The notes under the pieces are model-generated. The model saw only the letters and a program-made list of their open reading frames with translations, ran no database searches and was not told the origin of the DNA. The position numbers were made by a program, and so were the translations under genes. From IMG/VR virus record IMGVR_UViG_3300031841_004047: a DNA stretch of 64,000 bases, one strand, 5' to 3'. The DNA comes from a virus. Below, piece after piece: positions 38,454-46,800 of this stretch. Positions within the stretch are counted from its first letter, which is position 1. Each line of letters opens with the position of its first letter.

Positions 38454-39291
38454 ATCTTTAAAGATTACTATTATAGGTCATGGGTTTGTCGGGAAAGCCA
38501 TTGATTATGCTTTTCAGTATAACGTTCAAAAACAAATCATAGATCCTAAAATAGGAGTAAACTTGAGTGACGTAACATTAAACTCCGATGTTACGTTCGT
38601 ATGCGTGCCGACTCCTATGCACGAAAATGGAAAGTGTGACATATCAATAATAAGTGAAGTCATAAAACAAATAAAGCAAAGAAGATCTGGTTTGATAGTT
38701 ATTAAGTCTACCGTTCCACCTGATCAAATAGAAAATCTTTTTAGAGGTACAGCTATATCAAGAATGGTTTACAACCCAGAGTTTCTTACAGAAAGAAATG
38801 CAAATGAAGATATACTAAATCCTTCGATGCATATTTTCGGAGGAGATAATAATGCTACCGAAAGACTAGAAAAAATATATAATGAGTACAGTATATGTAA
38901 ACCATGTCAAGTATTTCATGTTTCTGCTACTGACGCAAGTTTTATAAAATACGGAATAAATACTTTTCTTGCAACTAAACTAATATGGTTCAATGAACTA
39001 TATGACACAGTAAATAATTTTGGAGGCAACTTTGGAAAAATTGCAAACGCTATTGGGGCCGATCCAAGAATCGGACATTCCCATACTCGTGTTCCTGGGT
39101 TTGACAATCGTCGTGGTTTTGGTGGTGCATGTTTTCCCAAAGATGTAAGCGCTTTTGTCAACTTTACGGATCATATGCCTATCTTAGAATATGTTATGAA
39201 TAAAAACAACAATTATAGATTGTCTTATGAAAAAAATGATAGAGAAGTCGAACAAAACGTGAACTATGAGAATAAGAAAGAGAGTATATAA
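38446..39291 (+). CDS. UDP-glucose/GDP-mannose dehydrogenase family protein (lacks C-terminal domain)
   Basis: IIGHGFVG, VCVPTP, IKSTVPP, YNPEFL, GFGGACFPKD. Confidence 0.88.
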   Translation: MSRSLKITIIGHGFVGKAIDYAFQYNVQKQIIDPKIGVNLSDVTLNSDVTFVCVPTPMHENGKCDISIISEVIKQIKQRRSGLIVIKSTVPPDQIENLFRGTAISRMVYNPEFLTERNANEDILNPSMHIFGGDNNATERLEKIYNEYSICKPCQVFHVSATDASFIKYGINTFLATKLIWFNELYDTVNNFGGNFGKIANAIGADPRIGHSHTRVPGFDNRRGFGGACFPKDVSAFVNFTDHMPILEYVMNKNNNYRLSYEKNDREVEQNVNYENKKESI

Positions 39292-39980
39292 TGATAATCC
39301 CTAGTGTAAAAGATATTCGTGAGTTCTTTGTCGGTGAACTTAAAGACGAAGCTTATACTATAGATAAGACCGGAGCTAAGACTATAGAAATGATTGGTGC
39401 TTCGTTCATAGCCGATGAGTCTTCTATATTTGGTACACCTAATACCGACTACATATCTCAAGAAATGTTGTGGTATACAAGCATGTCGACAAATATTAAA
39501 GACATATACGGAGAACACAGAGACCCGCCTTCTGCATGGCAGTATGCCGCGAACCAATTTGGTGAGATTAACTCTAACTACGGTTTGTTAATATATTCCG
39601 AAAAGTATTACAGCCAGTTTGAAAGAGTGTGTGACGAGTTGTTTGAAAACCCTGATGGTCGAAGAGCAACTATGATTTATAACAGACCATCGATATGGGT
39701 GGAGTATAATGAAAATGGAAAATCAGATTTTATTTGTACTAACGCTGTCACTTACTATATTCGTGATAATCTACTGCATGCTGTAGTTCAAATGCGTTCC
39801 AATGATGTTGTGTATGGTTATAAGAATGACTGGGCATGGCAAAACCGAGTGATGCACGACATAGTTCATGATCTTAATTTCTCAAATGGAAATGAAGATT
39901 TGGAAGTAGGTAAGATGGTTTGGCAGGTTCAGAACTTGCATGTATATGAACGTCACTTTGATCTAGTAAAAAATATTTAA
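39291..39980 (+). CDS. gp42: dCMP hydroxymethylase (T4 gp42-like)
   Basis: KTGAKTIEMIGASF, GEINSNYG, DGRRA, SDFICTN, MRSNDVVYGYKNDWAWQ (cytosine-specifying Asp), LHVYERHF. Confidence 0.9.
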   Translation: MIIPSVKDIREFFVGELKDEAYTIDKTGAKTIEMIGASFIADESSIFGTPNTDYISQEMLWYTSMSTNIKDIYGEHRDPPSAWQYAANQFGEINSNYGLLIYSEKYYSQFERVCDELFENPDGRRATMIYNRPSIWVEYNENGKSDFICTNAVTYYIRDNLLHAVVQMRSNDVVYGYKNDWAWQNRVMHDIVHDLNFSNGNEDLEVGKMVWQVQNLHVYERHFDLVKNI

Positions 39981-39990
39981 GGATGTTCTT

Positions 39991-40224
39991 ATGAGCAATT
40001 TGATATTGATCACCGATATCCTTGAAACAAAAGTAAGAAAAGAAAAAGAACTACAGTACTATCAGAAAGAATTAGAAAAACTTCAGAAAAAAATGTTCTT
40101 TGTTAAAAAGGATATTGAACTAACAAACCTGATCATTAATATGATTGAGAAAGAAAATATAATAGACTTTAAAGAGCAAGTCTTAATACGACAGGAAAAA
40201 AATGATACCACCTCAGATAATTAA
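39991..40224 (+). CDS. Hypothetical coiled-coil protein
   Basis: ITDILETKVRKEKELQYYQKELEKL. Confidence 0.75.
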   Translation: MSNLILITDILETKVRKEKELQYYQKELEKLQKKMFFVKKDIELTNLIINMIEKENIIDFKEQVLIRQEKNDTTSDN

Positions 40225-40684
40225 GATTTTTGAAAAAGATATGGCTAAAGGTCTTCACTGGACCACTGTGATCACCGAAAGAGCAATGCTAGCAGTAATA
40301 GGTGCTTTAACTGTAATCGCAGCTAGTTTTAATGTGTACTCAATGATAGTATCAATGAAGATAGAATTAGCGGATTTGTTTCTTTTATTCATCTATACAG
40401 AAATAGTCGGCATGGTTGGTGCTTACTACATAAGTAATAGGATACCAGTTACTCTTCCTATCATTATAGCTATGACTGCTTTATGTAGGCTTATTATTCT
40501 TCATTCTAAAGATGCTAACCCATGGGTACTAGTAGCAGAAGCTGGAGCGATCGTCGTTCTAGCCGGAGCCGCGTATCTCATGAGTGCTAAGGAAAAACTA
40601 AGCCTGGAAAAGAAAGAAAAGCGAAAAAAAGAATATGATGCGGGGTTCAAAAAGACAGAAAAAAAAGATTTAGACGATGAATAG
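40202..40684 (+). CDS. psiE: Phosphate-starvation-inducible PsiE family membrane protein
   Basis: LADLFLLFIYTEIVGMVGAYY...RIPVTLPIIIAMTALCRLIIL. Confidence 0.82.
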   Translation: MIPPQIIKIFEKDMAKGLHWTTVITERAMLAVIGALTVIAASFNVYSMIVSMKIELADLFLLFIYTEIVGMVGAYYISNRIPVTLPIIIAMTALCRLIILHSKDANPWVLVAEAGAIVVLAGAAYLMSAKEKLSLEKKEKRKKEYDAGFKKTEKKDLDDE

Positions 40685-41126
40685 TAGGTATACTAAATGG
40701 GATAGAAGATATCTGGATCTGGCATATACGGTTAGTAAATGGTCAAGAGATCCATCAACACAAATCGGCGCGGTCGCGATTGGATCCAAGGGTCAAGTTT
40801 TATCTCAAGGTTATAACGGCTTTCCTAGAGGAATAAAAGATACTCTAGATCGATATCATCATAGAGAAACTAAATATAAGCTTATTGTTCATGCTGAACA
40901 AAATTTAATATACAATGCTACATACAATGGTGTCTCATTGGATGGATCTACACTGTATGTAACGGGACTTCCGGTTTGTTCCGAATGTGCTAAAGGTGTT
41001 ATACAAGTCGGTATCAAAAGAGTTGTTATGCCACATATAGATGATATGAAATCTTGGAAAGAATCTTGGGAGTTGTCTGCTTCTATGTTCAGAGAAGCCG
41101 GAATATTATGGGATTTCATAATATAA
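40677..41126 (+). CDS. cd: dCMP deaminase
   Basis: SRDPSTQIGAV, GYNGFPRG, HAEQN, PVCSECAK. Confidence 0.92.
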   Translation: MNSRYTKWDRRYLDLAYTVSKWSRDPSTQIGAVAIGSKGQVLSQGYNGFPRGIKDTLDRYHHRETKYKLIVHAEQNLIYNATYNGVSLDGSTLYVTGLPVCSECAKGVIQVGIKRVVMPHIDDMKSWKESWELSASMFREAGILWDFII

Positions 41127-41158
41127 AAATTTTAATTTTTTGATTGATCACTTTATAG

Positions 41159-41187
41159 TTTACATAACTATACTACTATGATATAAT
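41159..41187 (+). promoter_or_regulatory. Early/middle promoter for the UDG-GT-cupin-NTase-MTase operon
   Basis: TTTACA-N17-TATAAT. Confidence 0.82.
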
Positions 41188-41207
41188 AACAAAAAATAGG
41201 AAAAACA

Positions 41208-41702
41208 ATGAAAATAAAAAGCTTAATAGTCATGGGTCTTAATCCTTCTAAGAGTCCATCACGAAAAGGTTCTACTATCCCAAAGCTACACTCTTGGATG
41301 TATGACAGCCTAGAAGTAGACTCATTCTTTATGTCTAATGTTTCTCATGATCCAGACTGGGATTTTAAATATAGATCTATAGATAAAAATCATGTCATTG
41401 AAACTTTAAGAGATCATGATATCATAATAGCTTTAGGTAGCACGGTGTATAACTACTTAAAGAGGATGGGGTTTAAGAATATGTTTAAGCTTCCTCATCC
41501 ATCACCTAGGAATCGTCAGTTAAATGACAAATCTTTCGAAATAAAAATTTTAAATGAATGTAAAGAGTATTTGACTCAGGAAGGCTTCTATGAAAATAGC
41601 AATAGGCAAAGTGGGAAAATCAATAAAGTTTGGTCCGGAGTCGTTAAGCACCGGAAAAAAATCAATGACGGCGGGCTCGATAGATGCACGTGTAATCTTT
41701 GA
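41208..41702 (+). CDS. Uracil-DNA glycosylase superfamily protein
   Basis: IVMGLNPS, IIALG, LPHPSPRNR. Confidence 0.7.
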   Translation: MKIKSLIVMGLNPSKSPSRKGSTIPKLHSWMYDSLEVDSFFMSNVSHDPDWDFKYRSIDKNHVIETLRDHDIIIALGSTVYNYLKRMGFKNMFKLPHPSPRNRQLNDKSFEIKILNECKEYLTQEGFYENSNRQSGKINKVWSGVVKHRKKINDGGLDRCTCNL

Positions 41703-42828
41703 ACTTTTAATTAGGTTTAATCCACAACACACGTTTTATATAGTTGGTAGATCAAACTATTCTCGTCTTAAACCTGAGATAAGAGATAAGATCAACGTTC
41801 ATAACAACGTTGTTGATCTGTGGAGTGGTTTTAACGAGTGGTTTGATAATCAAGACGATAAAGATGAAATGACGGAGTCATGGAGGTACATGGATCACGT
41901 CATTGAATCCGGACATACATTTGACACGGGTATATTTATTGCAGGAGGAGTACTTGAGTACGCGGTTCAAGGAAAAACTCTAAAGAACGGCGAACCTATT
42001 AAAACTTTAAACGCAGCGACTAAGTATGCAGCTCCTATTCATCACTTCATAAATATTACGAAGCTACCATACGTGATGCTGGTCACTGATCCAAGATGCT
42101 ACCCGAAACCAACAAAAGATCTTATGGTACCACCTCGTAGAATATTGTCTCAGTACGATGAAGTTGTAGACGTCGAACATCGTGTAACTTATGAGGATGA
42201 CGATATGGTCATCGATAAAGTTAAATCCGTATACTCCGGTATAGAATCTCTATACGTAGTCGAAGAACAGTGGAACGAAAAAGAAACAAGTCTTGAAGAC
42301 TTCTTTGGTGATCCAGACCCAGCCCCTGAACGTGACATCAACATGGTACTATTCCTAAACGAAGGTAACCCTTCAAGATATGAAGACTTAAAGAAATATA
42401 TCTTAAATGACATAGAAGATGTTAACGTCTATGGAGTATGGAACGATAAAGCTTTACAAGATCCACGAATAGAGCAGATAGCGATGGCTGAGCTTACTCA
42501 TCTTTTCCCTAGGATTAGATACACGTTTTGTATACCAATCGCTCCCGGTTGGGCGACCGGAAAGTTTTGGGAGATGACTAAGTACGGAATCATTCCGTTT
42601 ATGCATCCGAGTTATGATGAAGGTAAAAACATTGGTTTTCCAGAGGAGCTAAGAGTTAAAGATTCAAAAGATTTGTTAGAAAAAATAAGTATGTACAACT
42701 CTGATAAATTATGTTATAATAATATACATGAAAGGCTTCAGAATATGGTCACTCCGGATCATAAATCTGGCAAGTTTATAAATGATATGGTTATGAAAAA
42801 TGTTATGGAGATAGTCAATGAAGATTGA
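41590..42828 (+). CDS. DNA glycosyltransferase, T4 beta-glucosyltransferase-like (GT-B)
   Basis: MKIAI start, VTDPR (cf. T4 Bgt TDIR catalytic Asp), ILSQ, KFWEM, and a C-terminus matching Bgt as recalled. Confidence 0.7.
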   Translation: MKIAIGKVGKSIKFGPESLSTGKKSMTAGSIDARVIFELLIRFNPQHTFYIVGRSNYSRLKPEIRDKINVHNNVVDLWSGFNEWFDNQDDKDEMTESWRYMDHVIESGHTFDTGIFIAGGVLEYAVQGKTLKNGEPIKTLNAATKYAAPIHHFINITKLPYVMLVTDPRCYPKPTKDLMVPPRRILSQYDEVVDVEHRVTYEDDDMVIDKVKSVYSGIESLYVVEEQWNEKETSLEDFFGDPDPAPERDINMVLFLNEGNPSRYEDLKKYILNDIEDVNVYGVWNDKALQDPRIEQIAMAELTHLFPRIRYTFCIPIAPGWATGKFWEMTKYGIIPFMHPSYDEGKNIGFPEELRVKDSKDLLEKISMYNSDKLCYNNIHERLQNMVTPDHKSGKFINDMVMKNVMEIVNED

Positions 42829-43150
42829 AAAAAGACATATTTCTGAGTTTACTGGTGGATGGTTTATTGGAAACTTTGAGCCATCGGTTCTTAAAAGCGA
42901 TGATTTCGAAGTATCAATTAAGCTGCATCCTAAGGGAGAAGTTTGGCCAAAGCATTATCACAAAGTGGCTACCGAGTATAACTATGTGATAGACGGCATA
43001 GTAGAAATAGATGGCATAAAATATGAAAAAGATGACATCTTCATTATTCATCCAAACTTTGTCGTAGATCCCAATTTTCTTGAAGACTGCAGAATAGTAT
43101 GTGTAAAAACACCATGCGTACCTGGAGATAAGTATGAGGTTGAAAGATAA
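42818..43150 (+). CDS. Cupin protein
   Basis: GGWFIGNFEPS, KHYHKVATEYNYVIDG, VKTPCVPGDKY. Confidence 0.75.
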   Translation: MKIEKRHISEFTGGWFIGNFEPSVLKSDDFEVSIKLHPKGEVWPKHYHKVATEYNYVIDGIVEIDGIKYEKDDIFIIHPNFVVDPNFLEDCRIVCVKTPCVPGDKYEVER

Positions 43151-44215
43151 ATGAGAGTAATTATTCCAATGGCCGGACTGGGGTCAAGATTTACAAACAA
43201 GGGATATAAGACACACAAACCGTTAATCGAAGTTAACGGTAAAACTCTTATTAGATACGCAGTTGAGTCATTAAACATAAGTGCTCATTACGTATTCGTA
43301 TGTAGGGACTTAGGAGGTTCATACCTTGAAAACTTAGAATCAGAAATAAAAGACATTACTTACGGTCGATACGAAATAAAAGTAATAGATCATATGACGT
43401 CTGGAGCAGCAGAAACCGCTCTTTTAGGTTGTGATAGCGAGTATGACGGAGAATTAATTGTCACCAACTGTGATCAGTATTTAGACTGGGACTCTGAAGC
43501 TTTCCTTAAAGAATCAAGAAAATATGATGGTTCTGTACTAACTTACGACTCGACTGATCCTAAAAATTCTTTCGTAGAGTTCGCGAACAAAAAAGTAGTA
43601 AGAATGGTCGAGAAACAAGCTATATCAAACAATGCTTTAGTAGGAGTACACTACTGGAAAAAAGCATCGGATTTCATTAACTCTACTAAATCTTCTCTAG
43701 CTAACTTTACCTCAAAAGAATCTTATGTGTCTGAAACATATAACTACTTAATAGCTGATGGTAAAAAAATTGGAGCAATATCAATTATGGATGGTACTTA
43801 TTGGTCCACCGGAACTCCTGAAGATCTGGCATATTTCAAAGGGATGATATCCGAATATTATACCTCTAAAAATAATACATATTTTATTGATCTTGATGGT
43901 ACAATCTTTATGCATGCACATAGGTACTCCAACTTAAAAAATGATGTTCAGTTGTGTCCAGGTGTTCTTGAAACTTTAGATGAACTTGATTCGAGAGGTG
44001 ATACGATCATACTTGTTTCGGCAAGAAAAGAGTCTGCGAGATCAATGACTGAGAAATTACTTGATGATTTCATGATTCCTTATGATCAGCTTATACTTGG
44101 TGTATCTCAAGGATGTAGGATAGTCATAAACGATATTATCACGAAGTCATCTTTTCCAAGAGCAAGAGCCGTGAATGTAATCACGGACAAAGGATGGAAA
44201 GCAAACGATTTATGA
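43151..44215 (+). CDS. Sugar-phosphate nucleotidyltransferase fused to C-terminal HAD-like domain
   Basis: IIPMAGLGSRF..KGY..HKPLI, NCDQ, GTPEDL; then FIDLDGTI HAD motif I. Confidence 0.82.
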   Translation: MRVIIPMAGLGSRFTNKGYKTHKPLIEVNGKTLIRYAVESLNISAHYVFVCRDLGGSYLENLESEIKDITYGRYEIKVIDHMTSGAAETALLGCDSEYDGELIVTNCDQYLDWDSEAFLKESRKYDGSVLTYDSTDPKNSFVEFANKKVVRMVEKQAISNNALVGVHYWKKASDFINSTKSSLANFTSKESYVSETYNYLIADGKKIGAISIMDGTYWSTGTPEDLAYFKGMISEYYTSKNNTYFIDLDGTIFMHAHRYSNLKNDVQLCPGVLETLDELDSRGDTIILVSARKESARSMTEKLLDDFMIPYDQLILGVSQGCRIVINDIITKSSFPRARAVNVITDKGWKANDL

Positions 44216-45402
44216 ATTATGCGAGTATAGTACCTTTAATCGGAGGAGAGACATTCGGTATGCAAGAAGTGTTTGGTCAAAAGCCAGACTACATCTTATC
44301 ATACTCGGATTTTGAAGCAAATGATAGACAACTTCTTAACTATTATAATAATAGTGTTCCTTATTATAAGCTTGATCAAGGTGGTTCTGCCCCTCACAGA
44401 GTGGATGTTATCAATACTGTATGCCCTTGTGCGGGTCTTTCTTCACTTAGTCCTACTAGCAGCGCTAGTAACACTACTAATGATTGGATGGTCAAGTCTG
44501 CCCAGTATATTCTAGAAGAAGTACAACCGACTGTCTTTTGGGGAGAAAATGCTCCTAGACTAGCCAGCAAGATGGGTGAGCCTATAGTAAATAAGCTAAG
44601 GAAGATCGGGAAAGATAATGGTTACACCATGACTCTTTATAAAACAAAATCTTTACTTCATGGCTTATCTCAAGTAAGAGACAGATGCTTTTACTTCTTT
44701 TGGAAAGGCAACCATGTTCCAGTTTTTGCATACTACAACAACTTATTAAGGGAGAGTATCGAAGATACTATAAGGTCATCATCTAGTAATCAAATAGACG
44801 AAATGTATGATATGCAGGCCAAGACTTCTAAGCCTTCAGATGATCCATACTATAAATATGTTTTAGAAGAGATTGAAGATGGTATAACACATCAAGATTT
44901 TTTTAAAAAAATTAAAAAAACTACCAATCCATTGGATTATATCGAGCAAAAAGGTATTAAATATAATACTGTAGCTAAGTGGATGAAGATGAAGGGATAT
45001 GACAAGTATGAAGTCAAATGTCAAAGAATGCATGAAAAGCTTGAGTCTGGTGGAAACATAATGAGAAAGGCTACTACAATCGCAAAGGATTATATCGGCG
45101 CTTTTGTAGGTAACATGGCAACTGACATTACACACCCTGATGTTGATAGGTACATAAACGTAAGAGAAGCTCTTGATATAATGAAGATGCCTAAAGATTT
45201 TCAGCTTCAAGGAGGAACAAAAAACATTAATATGATATGTCAAAACGTTCCGGTTACTACTGCTAGAGATATGGCTTTTAATGTATCAGCATACCTAGGA
45301 GGACATTTAACTACTCATAAATCTGATTTTGCTGTTCAGGATAATAAAACAACTAAGTTTTGGAGAGAGCCTGAACCCTCAACTCTTGAAGAGTTTTTGT
45401 AG
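44212..45402 (+). CDS. Atypical C5 cytosine DNA methyltransferase
   Basis: CPCAGLS (catalytic PC), GENAP, HGLSQVRDR, INVREA...PKDF, QNVP; motif I degenerate (VPLIGG). Confidence 0.72.
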   Translation: MNYASIVPLIGGETFGMQEVFGQKPDYILSYSDFEANDRQLLNYYNNSVPYYKLDQGGSAPHRVDVINTVCPCAGLSSLSPTSSASNTTNDWMVKSAQYILEEVQPTVFWGENAPRLASKMGEPIVNKLRKIGKDNGYTMTLYKTKSLLHGLSQVRDRCFYFFWKGNHVPVFAYYNNLLRESIEDTIRSSSSNQIDEMYDMQAKTSKPSDDPYYKYVLEEIEDGITHQDFFKKIKKTTNPLDYIEQKGIKYNTVAKWMKMKGYDKYEVKCQRMHEKLESGGNIMRKATTIAKDYIGAFVGNMATDITHPDVDRYINVREALDIMKMPKDFQLQGGTKNINMICQNVPVTTARDMAFNVSAYLGGHLTTHKSDFAVQDNKTTKFWREPEPSTLEEFL

Positions 45403-45431
45403 TTTACAACATAATGAAAATAGTTTATAAT
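45403..45431 (+). promoter_or_regulatory. Early/middle promoter for uvsX
   Basis: TTTACA-N17-TATAAT. Confidence 0.82.
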
Positions 45432-45460
45432 AATCAATATAGTATACAAAGGAGTATTGT

Positions 45461-46510
45461 ATGTCGATTATGGACAAGCTCAAAAAGAACTCAAAGCTAA
45501 GTCACACCGAAGTTCTTTCTGAGTCTAAATTCTTTACTGAAAAAGATATGGTACCAACTGACGTACCGATGATTAACGTTGCGTTATCTGGTTCAGTAGA
45601 TGGTGGCTTAGCACCTGGGCTAACAGTTCTTGCTGGCCCTTCAAAACATTTTAAAACATCATTTGCGTTACTAATGGCTGCAGCTTATATGAAGAAGTAT
45701 CCTGAAGCCGTTATGTTATTTTATGATTCCGAGTTTGGTTCACCTGAAGCTTACTTCGAACAATTTGAAGTTGATACATCACGAGTACTTCACACACCAA
45801 TCACAAACGTAGAAGAATTAAAGTTTGATCTCATCGGTCAGCTTGAAGAACTTGATCGTGAAGATAAAGTGGTTATAGTTATCGACTCAATCGGTAACTT
45901 AGCGTCTAAGAAAGAAATGGAAGACGCACTGAATGAAAAATCAGTTGCTGATATGTCAAGGGCTAAAGCACTGAAAGGGTTGTTTCGTATGTGTACACCC
46001 TATCTAGCCATGAAGAATATCCCTCTTCTTGCTGTTAACCATACTTATAAAGAAATAGGTTTGTTTCCTCGTGATGTTGTTGGCGGTGGTACAGGTATAT
46101 ACTACTCAGCTGATAACATTTGGATTCTAGGTCGTCAACAAGATAAGAAGGGTACAGAAATTCAAGGGTATCACTTCGTAATCAATGTGGAGAAATCACG
46201 ATATGTTAAAGAAAAGTCTAAGATTCCTATCACTGTTAGTTGGGACGGTGGTGTACGTAATTTTTCTGGTTTACTCGATGTTGCTCTTGCCGGTGGTTAT
46301 GTTACTAAACCTTCTAACGGTTGGTATGCTAGAACTGACAGACAAACTGGAGAGGTCGGTCCGAAAGTCAGACAAGAGCAGACTCTAGAAAAAGAATTTT
46401 GGGATCCGATCTTCGCGGAAACAGATTTCAAAGATTTTTTAAAGAAACAGTATTCTATAGGACACCAAGAACAAGTATCAATGGAATCCATTGTTGAGGA
46501 AGAAGTATGA
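45461..46510 (+). CDS. uvsX: RecA-like recombinase UvsX
   Basis: AGPSKHFKT, FYDSEFG, IDSIGNLAS, ADMSRAK, GGTGIYYSAD. Confidence 0.97.
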   Translation: MSIMDKLKKNSKLSHTEVLSESKFFTEKDMVPTDVPMINVALSGSVDGGLAPGLTVLAGPSKHFKTSFALLMAAAYMKKYPEAVMLFYDSEFGSPEAYFEQFEVDTSRVLHTPITNVEELKFDLIGQLEELDREDKVVIVIDSIGNLASKKEMEDALNEKSVADMSRAKALKGLFRMCTPYLAMKNIPLLAVNHTYKEIGLFPRDVVGGGTGIYYSADNIWILGRQQDKKGTEIQGYHFVINVEKSRYVKEKSKIPITVSWDGGVRNFSGLLDVALAGGYVTKPSNGWYARTDRQTGEVGPKVRQEQTLEKEFWDPIFAETDFKDFLKKQYSIGHQEQVSMESIVEEEV

Positions 46511-46800
46511 TTGAGAATGAACATTATGAACTTATTCCATCCGACAATGAGAACTGGAACGTTAGAATTCTAAAAGGTATATACAATGAGACCGTCATAA
46601 CGTATGGATCCCTTAGAATACAGGATGATCCAATAAATGATGTAGGAATATTAAAGTTTGATTATGATATTGTCTCTACGCCGGATGAATCTCTAGACTC
46701 AAATGACGAAGACTTTAAAAATTTTTGTGGTGACATCCTCGTATCAATAATTGAAAGAGCTGTTGAAAAAGACCAGATAATTAAAAGAGAGGTTGAATGA
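46507..46800 (+). CDS. gp40-like protein (uvsX-gp41 position)
   Basis: Synteny with the T4 uvsX-40-41 order; YGSLRI, FCGDILVSII. Confidence 0.55.
   Translation: MIENEHYELIPSDNENWNVRILKGIYNETVITYGSLRIQDDPINDVGILKFDYDIVSTPDESLDSNDEDFKNFCGDILVSIIERAVEKDQIIKREVE

Noticed and set aside
39291-39980. Calling this ORF a thymidylate synthase (ThyA/Td)
   Set aside because: It has Asp (KND) at the specificity position, matches T4 gp42 along its length, and ThyX is present separately.
37864-43150. Cupins as TET/JBP-type dioxygenases oxidising 5mC
   Set aside because: They are short single cupin barrels without the HxD...H...R 2OG-Fe(II) pattern; a sugar isomerase/epimerase role fits better.
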